The position numbers and the translations under genes are program-made. From the IMG/VR virus record IMGVR_UViG_3300034356_001231, positions 1 through 64,000 of that record: DNA of 64,000 bases; one strand, 5' to 3'. The DNA comes from a virus. The notes under the pieces are model-generated. The model saw only the letters and a program-made list of their open reading frames with translations. It ran no database searches and had not been told where the DNA came from. Positions 45,997-56,873 of this stretch are shown here, in pieces (within the stretch, counting starts at the first letter, position 1; each line of letters starts with the position of its first letter).

Positions 45997-46398
45997 TTAC
46001 TTTTTCTTACGACCCATATTATACTTAGTCTCTAAAGTCCATTCATTTTTTTCTTTATGATTAATAATTTTTATTTGACTCATAGATGCCAATGGTTCAT
46101 TAATTCTATCGGGTTCTACTACTTTCAACAAACCCCATTCTTGGAGTAAGTGAATTATTTTGTTTCGACGACCTTTATCCTCTTCTGAGAAATTAGAAGG
46201 TTTGCCATCAATGATAAACATTTCTTTGAAATGAACAATATAATATTTTCCTTGCTTATGGAAAATATGACAAGATTGATAAATTTTCTTTTCTCTGCGC
46301 GAAGCAACACCTATGCGTGTTAACGTTTCTTTGATCTTAAGAAAATCTTCTTCCTCGGCAATCTTCACCTCAATTAAAGAATCTAAAAATTCATTCAT
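45997..46398 (-). CDS. regA: Translational repressor RegA
   Basis: FLKIKETLTRIG, YQSCHI.HKQG.YYIVHFKE. Confidence 0.95.
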   Translation of the reverse strand: MNEFLDSLIEVKIAEEEDFLKIKETLTRIGVASRREKKIYQSCHIFHKQGKYYIVHFKEMFIIDGKPSNFSEEDKGRRNKIIHLLQEWGLLKVVEPDRINEPLASMSQIKIINHKEKNEWTLETKYNMGRKKK

Positions 46399-46889
46399 TT
46401 GACTCCACCTTTATTATTTTTATTCCTTATAATTTCTAATTGTTCCGCCGTAAGAATCTTCAATGCTTCTTTAGTGCGCACAATATTATATTTATAATAA
46501 TTAGAAACTAAGGTTTGGAGTTCTTCTTTCTTCTTTCTGGATTTCTTTTCCTCTTCGGTTTCTTTGATGCCTTTCATCTTTTTCTTACGAATTGAATAAT
46601 AAAGATAATCGTAATGCATCTGATCTGTCACGTTATAATGACAATTCATTTCGTTGGCGTAGAGGATTGTTTCTCGATAATTCGATAAGACGTTATTAGT
46701 TCTCCATTGACTATAATCCATATCAATGTCAACTGGGGTTTTACCAGAGGTAATTGAATTTTCATACCGCCAATCATATCTTTCTTTCTTGGTTTCTATA
46801 GAATGTTTTGCCCAATTGCCAAAGAATCCAACAGCTTCTTTTTCAGGGGTTCTCTCCTCCAATAATACATTAAGAAACTTAGTAGCCAT
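46395..46889 (-). CDS. 62: Clamp loader small subunit, gp62-like
   Basis: ANEMN, YDYL..SIRK; between gp44 and regA. Confidence 0.85.
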   Translation of the reverse strand: MATKFLNVLLEERTPEKEAVGFFGNWAKHSIETKKERYDWRYENSITSGKTPVDIDMDYSQWRTNNVLSNYRETILYANEMNCHYNVTDQMHYDYLYYSIRKKKMKGIKETEEEKKSRKKKEELQTLVSNYYKYNIVRTKEALKILTAEQLEIIRNKNNKGGVK

Positions 46890-47827
46890 TACACAAACTC
46901 ACAATCAATCATTACCTGAACCAGGAATGCCATGAAATTAATTTCTGCATTGGCAGCAAATGCATTTTGATATTGGTATCTAGCAATAAGTAATACTAGA
47001 ACAGGAGCCGAGTTCTTAGTACAAATGTCAGATGACAATTCATAGAACTGATTGTAAAGATAGTTAACATCAGTGTCTAAATTATTCTTAACCCATTTAC
47101 GGATCTCTGTATAGTTTTGCTGCTTCAGTAGAGCAATAAGATCCTTGATTGAAGCCTCTGTCATATTCGCTAGAATACCAGAATCAATCTTACCCGTTGC
47201 TGAATAACGCTGAAGCTCATTAAGAACACGGCGCCAATCTGGAAAATGTTTATTGATTACTTCAGCAACAACAGCCTTATCGTATTCAATCTTTTCGTTT
47301 TCCAGAATAAAAGTAACACGTTTGAAGAACTGCGTAGCAAGTTTGGCCATGGCCTTTTTGCTAATTTTAAAATCAATTACTGAACATCTTGAATGTAACG
47401 GCTCAATGATGCGGTTTTTGAAATTACAGGTGAGAATGAAGCCGCAATTCCTCGAGAATTCCTCCATAAAATTTCGAAGTGCGGGTTGAGTAGAATTGGC
47501 ATTAAGATAGTCCGCTTCATCAAGGATGACATATTTCCTTCCACCCGAAAGTGACACTGATGAGGCAAAGTTGAGAATTTCATTTCTAAGCGTGTCGATA
47601 TTTCCATTCATAGATCCATTAATGACGATATAATCACAACCAAGTTGTTCAAGCATAGCACGTGCTACGGTCGTCTTTCCGACACCTGCTGTTCCTGCTA
47701 GAATTAGATTAGGGATATTCTTTTGTTCAACAAACTGTTGAAATGTTTGTTTAAGATCGCAAGGAAGAATAGTTTCTTCAATAGTTTTTGGGCGATACTT
47801 TTCAGTCCAGATAAAGTGTTCATCCAT
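46889..47827 (-). CDS. 44: Clamp loader large subunit, gp44-like
   Basis: W.EKYRP, GVGKTT, DEAD, SRC. Confidence 0.95.
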   Translation of the reverse strand: MDEHFIWTEKYRPKTIEETILPCDLKQTFQQFVEQKNIPNLILAGTAGVGKTTVARAMLEQLGCDYIVINGSMNGNIDTLRNEILNFASSVSLSGGRKYVILDEADYLNANSTQPALRNFMEEFSRNCGFILTCNFKNRIIEPLHSRCSVIDFKISKKAMAKLATQFFKRVTFILENEKIEYDKAVVAEVINKHFPDWRRVLNELQRYSATGKIDSGILANMTEASIKDLIALLKQQNYTEIRKWVKNNLDTDVNYLYNQFYELSSDICTKNSAPVLVLLIARYQYQNAFAANAEINFMAFLVQVMIDCEFV

Positions 47828-47844
47828 GTCAAAACTCTCCATTA

Positions 47845-47915
47845 TATAAATAAGCGTAGGTCACGGGACGCCAATCCCTACCTACTCTAACGCTAAACAG
47901 GAGCGCCAGCATATG
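47845..47915 (+). promoter_or_regulatory. Late promoter plus structured RNA leader of GIY-YIG gene (copy B)
   Basis: TATAAATA, then GTAGGT-C-A-C-GGGA-CGCCAA-TCCC-T-ACCTAC and RBS hairpin CGCT/AGCG. Confidence 0.75.
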
Positions 47916-48431
47916 ATTATATATAAAATCACCAACCTTATCAATGGTAAATTTTACGTAGGTAAGTCCACAAAAACTACCGAAGAAAGATTTAAGCGTC
48001 ATTATTACAATCACAAATCTGGTAACACCTATCTCTATAAGTCGATGAGAAAACATGGCTTCGATAATTTTGTTATTGAAACAATAGAAGAAACCACATA
48101 TATCGACGAAAGAGAAAAGTTCTGGATTTCAGAACTGGCGCCACATTACAATATGACAAAAGGAGGAGATGGCGGTGATACTTCTAGCTCTCCAAATTTT
48201 ATCGAAGGCATAAAGAAAAGACCGCCACCACCTCCCACTTATGGTATGCTCGGAAAGAAACAATCTGATAAGTTTTTTGAAGCTATCAGAAAATCCAATA
48301 GTCGCCCAGTTATGTGCGAAGGAAAAAGATATGCTTCTATCAACGAAGCTCAAGAAGCATATCCTGGTATTTCTATTCGCAAAAGATTAGACAATCCAAA
48401 GTATTCCGAGTTTTATAGATTAGAAAGTTGA
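47913..48431 (+). mobile_element. Free-standing GIY-YIG homing endonuclease
   Basis: IYKITN..FYVG, YNMTKGGDG; antisense insertion between gp45 and gp44. Confidence 0.88.
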
Positions 48432-49073
48432 GCTTGATTCAACTGCAATATAATATTCTACATCATCACGCACAAAATGCGAAATGCCCTTTGATGAGAT
48501 ATTAACATCATAATCGCCAGGAATAATCTTAATATTCTCAGCCTTAAAAATTGCCTTGAACGCCTTATCAGTCTCGCCAATCTGGATAGAATAAACGTCG
48601 CCAGAAGGATTCTTAGAATCAGCAGCCTGAAGATATAGATTCTTACCGTCGCCCATGACAACAATCTCCGGTAGAGCAAGAATGCCAGAAGCCTTCTCAA
48701 CATCCCGTAGATTATCATTAGTTAAACGGAAAGTAACGTCAACCGAAGGGAGATTGATTTCTCTGTCCGGAGCCTTTGTTACCGTGGTTTCGTCAGCATA
48801 AACATAATGAGTCTTACGATTGTTGTCAGAAATATCAACAGACTTATCTCCAAACTTAAAATCTGGATCAGTAAAAGTGCTAACGATCGAGATGAAACGA
48901 TCGAGATTATAGATTGCAAATCGCTTATCAAAATCTGTCTTTACCTTTGCCTTTGCCATGATTGTCTTGGTTGGCGAAATAGTCTTAAGAACATTACCTT
49001 CCTGGATAACAATGGAAGGATTAATCTTAGCAAAATTCTTAAGAACATTAACTGTATCTGTATCAATCTTCAT
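48420..49073 (-). CDS. 45: Sliding clamp, gp45-like
   Basis: LKNFA.IN.SI, FAIY.L..F, YYIAVE. Confidence 0.95.
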   Translation of the reverse strand: MKIDTDTVNVLKNFAKINPSIVIQEGNVLKTISPTKTIMAKAKVKTDFDKRFAIYNLDRFISIVSTFTDPDFKFGDKSVDISDNNRKTHYVYADETTVTKAPDREINLPSVDVTFRLTNDNLRDVEKASGILALPEIVVMGDGKNLYLQAADSKNPSGDVYSIQIGETDKAFKAIFKAENIKIIPGDYDVNISSKGISHFVRDDVEYYIAVESSSTF

Positions 49074-49089
49074 AATGTATTTTCTCCTA

Positions 49090-49962
49090 TCACTTGTTCT
49101 TTGATTTCATCATTTTCTTTGACTTCAATGCTCCAGGATCAGCAGTAGCTGAAGCACCAATCGAAGCAAGGTCAGCAAGCGAACCACCAAATATGTAAGT
49201 TCCAACATGCTGCATCTTCATCCATGGACAGAACCATGTCTTAAGATCAATTGCCTGCGCCTTTTGACAGAACCAATAATCTTCTGAAAGATAACGCTTA
49301 GATACCGGATCAATTTCTGCCTGGAAGAACTGAAGAATCTCACGGCTACCATCAAAATGCTCAGTGCGAACATGATCAGGCTTGTAAGAATACTGATCCT
49401 TATATGCGTCATAGAACTTAGTCATGGCCTTCTTAGAAACCATCATGAATCCAGTTCCGATCTCGAGAACTTCAACTGGCTCTGCGATTGGAATAGAAGT
49501 CTGATGACCCTTGGGATTGAAAACATAATCACCAACGAAACGCTCTAGAACGTTTGGATCATCATCAGCAACACCCTTATCTACAGCGTGCTTAATCTTT
49601 TCCCAAGAGATACACTTCTTAGGATATGGGCCACCAATAATGTCATACTTATCTTCTTCAAGAGCCTGCAGAGACATTAGAGCAATAACATCCTGTGGAT
49701 TGAATCCGATGTCAGAATCAATAAACATTAGATGCTGTGATTCAGAACGCATAAACTCATCACAACAATAGTTACGAGCTCGAGTAATTAGCGATTCATT
49801 GAACAAATAATAAAACTGAAGAGGAATACCATACTGCGTACATAGAGCAGAAAGATCTGCACACGAACGAGCAAACATACCAGCGCACTGTCCGCCATAC
49901 ATTGGTGTGGCGACAAATAACTTGCGCTCTCTTAGTTTTTCAATTGGGATCTTAATTTCCAT
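49090..49962 (-). CDS. GT-A fold glycosyltransferase-like protein
   Basis: ATPMYGG, SLITRARN, FIDSD (DxD), GTGFM, YLSEDY.FC. Confidence 0.75.
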   Translation of the reverse strand: MEIKIPIEKLRERKLFVATPMYGGQCAGMFARSCADLSALCTQYGIPLQFYYLFNESLITRARNYCCDEFMRSESQHLMFIDSDIGFNPQDVIALMSLQALEEDKYDIIGGPYPKKCISWEKIKHAVDKGVADDDPNVLERFVGDYVFNPKGHQTSIPIAEPVEVLEIGTGFMMVSKKAMTKFYDAYKDQYSYKPDHVRTEHFDGSREILQFFQAEIDPVSKRYLSEDYWFCQKAQAIDLKTWFCPWMKMQHVGTYIFGGSLADLASIGASATADPGALKSKKMMKSKNK

Positions 49963-49974
49963 AATATACCTTTC

Positions 49975-50163
49975 TTATGCTGTAATAGTATTATGATATT
50001 TACAAGTGTTACAATGAACTTTTTTTCTAGGAGGGTTTGATAGTAAGACGATGCCAGGTTCAGACAAAACTAATTCATCACCACAAGCTGGACACTGAAT
50101 GCCAGTGCCATGCCTTTCTCTCAATAATCTTTTCTCTTCTTCGTATTCCTCAATAGTCTTCAT
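49975..50163 (-). CDS. Zinc-ribbon protein
   Basis: CPAC..CNTC. Confidence 0.55.
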   Translation of the reverse strand: MKTIEEYEEEKRLLRERHGTGIQCPACGDELVLSEPGIVLLSNPPRKKVHCNTCKYHNTITA

Positions 50164-50507
50164 TTCCTATCCTTATAATGATCTGCATAAAGCATCATTA
50201 TAACATAATGAAGAACTTTTAGCAAGTCATCTTTATTGCTGCCATGCTTTTTACCATAGCGCCAAAGATATTTGATAGCAGTGTTTCGGAAGGTAGGCAT
50301 AGAATCACCAAGAGCAAGCCACACATCGAAACATTCTATATTCTCTTCTTCAGTCATATAATGCTGCCCATATGTCTTATCTATATAGGCGTGGAAATCA
50401 GCAATAATCTGATCTTCCATATATTTGTATTTAGGCGCAACCTTTCCAGCAACATCCAATTTATAACTAACACCTGATGGTATTTCACTATATAACCTGC
50501 TCATCAT
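50160..50507 (-). CDS. DUF3310-like small helical protein
   Basis: TY.QHY, AIKYLWRYGKK, DLLKVLHY. Confidence 0.7.
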   Translation of the reverse strand: MMSRLYSEIPSGVSYKLDVAGKVAPKYKYMEDQIIADFHAYIDKTYGQHYMTEEENIECFDVWLALGDSMPTFRNTAIKYLWRYGKKHGSNKDDLLKVLHYVIMMLYADHYKDRK

Positions 50508-51040
50508 GCCTCCAAATATTTCATAATGTAATCCACAATAATCTTCTGATCTTCTTTGTTATTGTTTTTAAATTTAACAGTGTTAAACATAAGAGTCATA
50601 TTCGTTAGAATATTTGCAATCTTAGTTTCTCTTCCCTGTAACCAAGTTTCGTTTTGGTTACTTCCACGCTCCTTATAACGTTCTTGCCGAACAGCTTTAT
50701 CGGTTTCTAGATAAATTATATCAGTGTTATAATTGTTCACACAATGTTCTAAGAACGTTGATGTGAAAAGACGGTCGCCCTCAAAAAGAACAACCGAATC
50801 TTTATGCAAACTTGCTAAGAATTTAACTGCTTCTGGCTGAACTGCCATAGACATACGATCTGTTCCAGAGAAAGTTTCACCTTCGTCATACTTACCCAAA
50901 ATATAATTACAATCATATTGAAGATACGGAACAAGTTTTACTTCATCATAAACTTTTATCCAATTAAATTTCGAAATAATTTCTTTCATTAAAGTAGATT
51001 TGCCAGCACCTGGCTCGCCACCAATCGCAAATACAAGCAT
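50504..51040 (-). CDS. P-loop kinase (candidate hydroxymethyl-pyrimidine DNA kinase)
   Basis: GGEPGAGKST, GTD..S, EGDRL; adjacent to DNA transferase. Confidence 0.75.
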   Translation of the reverse strand: MLVFAIGGEPGAGKSTLMKEIISKFNWIKVYDEVKLVPYLQYDCNYILGKYDEGETFSGTDRMSMAVQPEAVKFLASLHKDSVVLFEGDRLFTSTFLEHCVNNYNTDIIYLETDKAVRQERYKERGSNQNETWLQGRETKIANILTNMTLMFNTVKFKNNNKEDQKIIVDYIMKYLEA

Positions 51041-52038
51041 TATGTAAACCTTTCAAGTCCGACCTTTTCAGGCTCAACAAACAAACCTGTGCAGTCTAGA
51101 ATACCATTCTCACTATACAAAGCCATTTTACTATTGTTTATGTGATTAGTCAATAGTTTATTATTTAGAGTTTCATTACGAGCGTCCCACATTGGTTGCC
51201 AATCAATACCATCCCATCCATCTTTTTCACACTGAGTAATTTCTTCAGCCTGACGATCTAGATAATAACCAAGATATCGACCATGTTTTACTCTGAATAA
51301 CTTTTTAAAAGAACAGAGACATGTTTCCATATCAAAATAATCAGTGTCAGGAAAGTCTTTCTTAACTTCTTCTAGAATTAGATACGCCTGTGCTTCCAGA
51401 TAAGCAAGTTGACTGACATCTAATTTTTTATCAATCCATTCAGGCTTACCAAGAGCGAAGCATAAACCATTGCGGTGAGATCTTGAGCCAGAATAATCTT
51501 CAAGCATTAGACTGCTCGGTTCAATTGGTAAACCGCAACATTGCTTTAATGTTTGCATGTAGAACCAAGTTGAATATCTACCAAACTTATGAAAGTTTCC
51601 CTTGACCTCGTCCCATAGTAAACTGAAACTTAATTTAGGGCTACCCGGAGCAAGGAAATCTTTAAACGCTTCTGCTTGCGATCTATCACCAACCCAGTTT
51701 TTATAAGATTCAAACTGAGCAGGTAGATGGCCTTTGTTCCATTTAGTATCTGTTTGATACCGTAGACGTTTATAATTCTTACTGTTCCAATCTTTCAAAC
51801 GATCAAGACCAACAAGTTCCATATCAGGAAACTCGTTCCAGATAACCCACGTTGTCGGAAAATGATACGTTGTACCGTAGATCCAAGCAATCCAGAGTTT
51901 CTGTTCTCTGTTATGTTCGAACCTACGGAACAAGTAATTGGTCATAAAGATAGCGGGGTCGCAATCCTTAATGGAAAGCGACCACCGATACCAGTTTATA
52001 AAATCTTGCTTACGCTGCTTTACGATTTGCTGGTTCAC
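51040..52038 (-). CDS. Amino acid:DNA transferase (aGPT-pyrophosphorylase-like, HhH glycosylase fold)
   Basis: DCDP, FGRYS.W.Y, ETCLCSFKK, RY.GYY.DR. Confidence 0.75.
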   Translation of the reverse strand: MNQQIVKQRKQDFINWYRWSLSIKDCDPAIFMTNYLFRRFEHNREQKLWIAWIYGTTYHFPTTWVIWNEFPDMELVGLDRLKDWNSKNYKRLRYQTDTKWNKGHLPAQFESYKNWVGDRSQAEAFKDFLAPGSPKLSFSLLWDEVKGNFHKFGRYSTWFYMQTLKQCCGLPIEPSSLMLEDYSGSRSHRNGLCFALGKPEWIDKKLDVSQLAYLEAQAYLILEEVKKDFPDTDYFDMETCLCSFKKLFRVKHGRYLGYYLDRQAEEITQCEKDGWDGIDWQPMWDARNETLNNKLLTNHINNSKMALYSENGILDCTGLFVEPEKVGLERFT

Positions 52039-53350
52039 TTATTACCTTATTTGTCCTGGTGTCCCAGAAGCAAGGAAGAAATTCCAACTCGATCCATTCA
52101 AGTTTAGCAATGGCCAAACATTCACGGACTTCTTGCTCAAGAACATCTCTCTCAAGATATTCTTCAACATTCTTAAAGTGAATGAATATTTTGCCTTTCG
52201 GATTATTTCTTGCCGAGGGACGATTCTTTGTCTTTTGGCGCAAACTATTTACCACACCACCAATACCCGAGTGAATGACAGTGCTTATAGACTGACTGAT
52301 ACAACCAGCATAAGGATTTTCTGCAAGGTAAGAATTTACCTTCTTCTTCAGATCCTTATCTACCCAGTTATAGAAATTATACTTGCTGTTAATTTCGTTA
52401 GTGAAATAACGATCTTTAGCAGCGCTGATCAAACTCTTTAGAGACTTCTCAGAGAATTCTCCAAGATAAAGATCAAATACAATTTCTTCCATTTCATCTG
52501 AATCAAAAGGAATTCCATCGACATAAAGAGCTTCAATCTTGCGCTTCACATCTTCCTTAGAATTACCTTCCTTGACAACTGGCTCGTGATTCATAAGAAC
52601 CCCGAAATGATCCATAATAGAAGGATCATCAAGGAATTCGTCAGAATTAATATAAATTACGGGCACAGTTGCCCATTTAGCTTCAATTGCTGCACTGAGC
52701 GTATGATTACCATCAAGAATCTTTTTCTTGCCGTCACGGAAAACAACAACCACAATAGGATTGATATGCTGATTGGCACGCTCTGGATCGTTCATACGAT
52801 CTACAAGTTTATTTACATGATGATTATGACGTAGCTTAAAACGAATTTGAATTCGTTCGAAATTCGCCAACTCTCCAACGTAAACATTATGGACTTCATA
52901 ATGTTTCTTGATTTTGTTTTCTTTTACCTTATTTGCAATCGATCGAGCAAGACGAATATGCTCCTTATACGTAGATCTAGCTTTTTCGATAATGAAATCT
53001 GTAGAAATACATCGGCTAACGATCTCTCGCATTTTATCTGTGACGTGCGAAAGACTACATCCAGCACCACCACCATTTGTCTTATTATACATATCTGGGT
53101 TATTACGAGCATCTAATACATCAAGCATATAATGCTCGAGCGAGATACACTGTTCTAATGTGCCTTCAAAAAATTCTACTCGACGAAGAAACCCTTTGTT
53201 CCAGGCATCATTAAACGCTGGATCAGTAGAGCTCGAAGTGTAATAGTCTGAAACATTCTTATCAGAAAGTTTATGATAACCTACATAGACAATCTTAGTA
53301 GTTTCACGATTATACCAAAGATAACAAATAGCCTGTTTTGCAGTTTTCAT
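52010..53350 (-). CDS. GIY-YIG-like N-terminal domain fused to ParB/Srx-like domain
   Basis: CYLW..YVGYH..Y.SS..E..YN..NGGG; PIVVV..ILDGNHT. Confidence 0.6.
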   Translation of the reverse strand: MKTAKQAICYLWYNRETTKIVYVGYHKLSDKNVSDYYTSSSTDPAFNDAWNKGFLRRVEFFEGTLEQCISLEHYMLDVLDARNNPDMYNKTNGGGAGCSLSHVTDKMREIVSRCISTDFIIEKARSTYKEHIRLARSIANKVKENKIKKHYEVHNVYVGELANFERIQIRFKLRHNHHVNKLVDRMNDPERANQHINPIVVVVFRDGKKKILDGNHTLSAAIEAKWATVPVIYINSDEFLDDPSIMDHFGVLMNHEPVVKEGNSKEDVKRKIEALYVDGIPFDSDEMEEIVFDLYLGEFSEKSLKSLISAAKDRYFTNEINSKYNFYNWVDKDLKKKVNSYLAENPYAGCISQSISTVIHSGIGGVVNSLRQKTKNRPSARNNPKGKIFIHFKNVEEYLERDVLEQEVRECLAIAKLEWIELEFLPCFWDTRTNKVISEPANRKAA

Positions 53351-53421
53351 AGGTCACTCCTTTTTGGACCGTTTCAAAATATTGGGCTTCCTTTACATCA
53401 CCCAATAAACATATACTACCA

Positions 53422-53958
53422 CTATTCTGCGAAAATGTCAAGTCCTTTATATTCGACGAAGAGCTCTACGCAGCCTCCCTTTCCTTTTTTCGTTGCAGCC
53501 TTATAGATTATATCGTCGAGAGAGTAATCAATCTTCTCGAATTCCGAAGAATTAATCTTAAACATAGCCAATAGACATCCACTTTTCTGTTTACCTACGA
53601 ATTGTATGCCTAGTTTTTTGTAGAACGGTATAGCTGGAATTTCCGAAGAAACTCTGAAATAATGTGCGCTCGAATAGAAAGCGTAATACAAAGAATGATT
53701 GCATAGCTTTCTAGCAACTCCTTTGTTCCTATGCGCATAAAAAGTATGAAGCAATTGAAGGTTAGCCGTATAAGGTTTACGTTTCGAAATAGTTGTGAGA
53801 ATGGCTCCGGCAAGGTCATCGCCTTCCCAGAGCCCAACAACTTCATTCCATTTGTCTAGCATGTCGCATTTAGCAACAAATGTTTTGGCAAACTTATCTT
53901 CTTTACGATCGCTAATGTTTGCTATAAATTGTTCTTTTGTAACTGTTTTAAACTGCAA
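53422..53958 (-). CDS. GNAT acetyltransferase
   Basis: HRNKGVARKL, AIPFYKKLG; TTG start overlapping upstream stop. Confidence 0.8.
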   Translation of the reverse strand: MQFKTVTKEQFIANISDRKEDKFAKTFVAKCDMLDKWNEVVGLWEGDDLAGAILTTISKRKPYTANLQLLHTFYAHRNKGVARKLCNHSLYYAFYSSAHYFRVSSEIPAIPFYKKLGIQFVGKQKSGCLLAMFKINSSEFEKIDYSLDDIIYKAATKKGKGGCVELFVEYKGLDIFAE

Positions 53959-54820
53959 TGAACTCTCGGGATTTCTTTCCTCGCTCTTTTCCATATTTTG
54001 TTTTCTCCCATGACGTATAAATCTCGTGATCATATTTTAGTTCTGGAAATTTATAATCGCCTTCAAGAAGAATTTGTAGAACATCTGGGCCATTATTGAG
54101 CGCAGCGTCTATAAACGCTTCAACAAATCTAAATGAATCTTCTAACTCTCTACGGTCAAAAGAATTACGGAAACAACGGAACTCAATAGTTCCTGTGTGT
54201 TTCATACAATATGTATTAATTGCATAACGGAAAGGACGACCCATAGAAACGCCATCTTTACCTGCGCAATGTAACTTAATAAAGTGTTCAAAGTCGGTTG
54301 TAAGATTAATAATGTTGTTGCACATATAATCAGGCATCAACCTACCACAATCTAACTTCAAATAAGTCTTTGCTGTTTTTGTAGAAGCCATATCTGGGTG
54401 CAATCTAAATGCATGGATACGATCAACTACTACATGTTGATTTTCTTTGATGTATGCAACCAACCGTTTGAGCGCATCAACATCTTCTTTTAGACCTGGA
54501 ACATATACATGAACATGATTATGAGAAATACAATTACTAGTAGGATTGTTACCGTGCGATTTATAAAAATCAAGAATCTCAAAAATTCTGTCAACCTGTT
54601 CCTTCCAAGTTTTCGTTGGTCTTACATTAATTTCGCCGCCAAATGGTGGTTCAATACCAAGAGGATCACAAGCGATACCACGATAAGGTGGATTGAGATT
54701 CACTACGTCAGTTTCTGAAAATTCCCATTTACCTAAATGTTCTGGAAGTGGGAGACGACGATCAACATCCCCCACTTCCATTTCAAACCCCCATGTGAAG
54801 TCTTTTTTGTTATATGTCAT
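53948..54820 (-). CDS. Amidoligase (glutamate-cysteine ligase-like COOH-NH2 ligase)
   Basis: TWGFEME, GGEIN, HVHV, TIEFR. Confidence 0.8.
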   Translation of the reverse strand: MTYNKKDFTWGFEMEVGDVDRRLPLPEHLGKWEFSETDVVNLNPPYRGIACDPLGIEPPFGGEINVRPTKTWKEQVDRIFEILDFYKSHGNNPTSNCISHNHVHVYVPGLKEDVDALKRLVAYIKENQHVVVDRIHAFRLHPDMASTKTAKTYLKLDCGRLMPDYMCNNIINLTTDFEHFIKLHCAGKDGVSMGRPFRYAINTYCMKHTGTIEFRCFRNSFDRRELEDSFRFVEAFIDAALNNGPDVLQILLEGDYKFPELKYDHEIYTSWEKTKYGKERGKKSREFIAV

Positions 54821-55500
54821 TGCAAATCCTCAATAGCAGGAAACTCATACTTATTATAGCTTACAATTTTGAAATTTTCAACAATAAAATGTTCATACAT
54901 AGAAGCAGTAACTTGAACGTCAAGACCGCTTCTTTTCAGAATATCTCTGGTAGAAGCAAATATAATACCGTTCTCATTGTAAGAATAATGAAGTGGTCGA
55001 GATTCATTCCGGAATGCGGTAAGAACTTTATCCTTGTCAATAGTGCAAACAGACATGCTTGCAGGATGAAACTTATGTAAAGGAACTTCACCAGTTTCTA
55101 AACAACGTAAAATTAATTCGCTATCGTTCTTTGTAATTACATCATATCCAAAAGTTTGTTTCCATTGTTCTGGATCTTCTTGAGAAATGACTCCATTGTG
55201 GACAATAGAAAGTTCTTCAGTAGCCATTGGTTGATTGTAAGCAAGATCGCTCGTTGAGTAACGAACATGGCCAATGCAATAAAGATTGCCATCTTCGTTT
55301 ACCCAACTGGGAATATCCTGATTGTTGATAAAGGTACAGGCGTTCACAGGTTCTTTGATAGTATGAACCTTACTGTTCTTTACATATGATACTCCTGTAG
55401 CGTGCTTGCCACGAATCATTGATTGAATAAAAAGCCGACGAACAAGTTCGAATTCGTGCTCGCTCGGTTTCTTTATAGCTATTCCTAATACTCCACACAT
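54817..55500 (-). CDS. Class II (Ntn) glutamine amidotransferase
   Basis: N-terminal MCG, RG.HATG, GHVRYST, HNG, DSE. Confidence 0.9.
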   Translation of the reverse strand: MCGVLGIAIKKPSEHEFELVRRLFIQSMIRGKHATGVSYVKNSKVHTIKEPVNACTFINNQDIPSWVNEDGNLYCIGHVRYSTSDLAYNQPMATEELSIVHNGVISQEDPEQWKQTFGYDVITKNDSELILRCLETGEVPLHKFHPASMSVCTIDKDKVLTAFRNESRPLHYSYNENGIIFASTRDILKRSGLDVQVTASMYEHFIVENFKIVSYNKYEFPAIEDLQ

Positions 55501-56873
55501 TAGAAAAATGATTCCAATGAAGCCACTTCGTCTTTGCCGTAAGGATCTTTCATTCCATGAGCGTGAAGATAATCATACCATTCTTGCTCTTCCCACATTC
55601 CAGGAGAAACACCATTCCACAATGGACGATGTAATGGATGATCTTTATTCATACGACGTTCTTCCACAAATTGCTTACGCAGCAATTCATAGTCATATGA
55701 TTTCAACTCAAGCATTTTCTCACGGAAATAGCAGACTACAGATATGCGCTCACAAGAAGGATCATCAGGCTTATTAAGCACGATAGGAGTATTACCATGG
55801 ATAATCTCATGGTTGTTAACGAGTAACAAATCGCCAGGACGCACATTAACAGCGATACGATACTCAGGAAATATAAGATAACCACCAGTATATTCTCCAG
55901 AACCAAGAACAAGTAGATTAGATAAACCAGAATCAAGATCACCAGCATCTCGATGACATGCTGTCCGAAAAGTCTTGTTCACAGTCAATGTAGTAAACAC
56001 TGTTTCAGGAACAAGAAACCTTGGATCAAGTTTATCTGCTGCAGCTTTCTGATTGCCCCAACGCCAAGGAAGTAATTCTCTAAAACCTTTATTCAGTGTT
56101 TGGAGAAATGGATACGCCTTTGAAAACAATTCTGGATGGTTTTCAGTATATGCAGTAGCACGACCATACGGAATACGTGGGTATCGATCGTACCAACCAG
56201 CAACGCCCGAAAACACTGACTTTGCATAGTTAGTAGTTGATGCCCACTTTTCAGCAACCTTTCTCGCCTCTGCACGCACTTCTTCGTTTGGTTTATTAGA
56301 TAAACCATCAACCCATTTATCAAACCAACCATGATATTCCGGATACACTTTCTGGACTTCTGAACGTAACCATACAGTACCACGAGTTTCATCTGCAGGT
56401 TTAAATTTAGGATCTGCATACTTAGCGCGAATAGATGCAACTGAATTGTCATCAATTACCTTTGCACCATCATCCATAAGAAAGTCTAAAATCTCCTGTT
56501 GATAAGGAGTAACCCAATCACGACCACCACGACCTTCACATGCTAGCATGTCACCACGAGGACCAGCAGCAAGACCACGATTTTGAGATTCAGTAGCTGC
56601 TTGCCTTAGACCTTCATATGCCTGATCGCATTCTTCTTTAGTGAAGTAGTTCTTACGAAACTTAAATGCAATACGTAATTCATCGTTGCCTTTATCGCAA
56701 TCTTCGCATTCTTTAGTCCCACAATCTGCTTTGGTAAGCGGATCACATAGCGGTGGCATATAACAATCAGTATCTTCTTCAATCAAAATATCATAATGAC
56801 TCTCGTCAACGAAAGTGCCAAGAAGATGTTCACAATCATGTTTTTGACGAGCAACAATACGTCTTACCATCAC
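55500..56873 (-). CDS. 2OG-Fe(II) dioxygenase, TET/JBP-like
   Basis: FTT.TVN..FRTACHRDAGD (HxD), HGNT, RISVVCY.R. Confidence 0.8.
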   Translation of the reverse strand: MMVRRIVARQKHDCEHLLGTFVDESHYDILIEEDTDCYMPPLCDPLTKADCGTKECEDCDKGNDELRIAFKFRKNYFTKEECDQAYEGLRQAATESQNRGLAAGPRGDMLACEGRGGRDWVTPYQQEILDFLMDDGAKVIDDNSVASIRAKYADPKFKPADETRGTVWLRSEVQKVYPEYHGWFDKWVDGLSNKPNEEVRAEARKVAEKWASTTNYAKSVFSGVAGWYDRYPRIPYGRATAYTENHPELFSKAYPFLQTLNKGFRELLPWRWGNQKAAADKLDPRFLVPETVFTTLTVNKTFRTACHRDAGDLDSGLSNLLVLGSGEYTGGYLIFPEYRIAVNVRPGDLLLVNNHEIIHGNTPIVLNKPDDPSCERISVVCYFREKMLELKSYDYELLRKQFVEERRMNKDHPLHRPLWNGVSPGMWEEQEWYDYLHAHGMKDPYGKDEVASLESFF

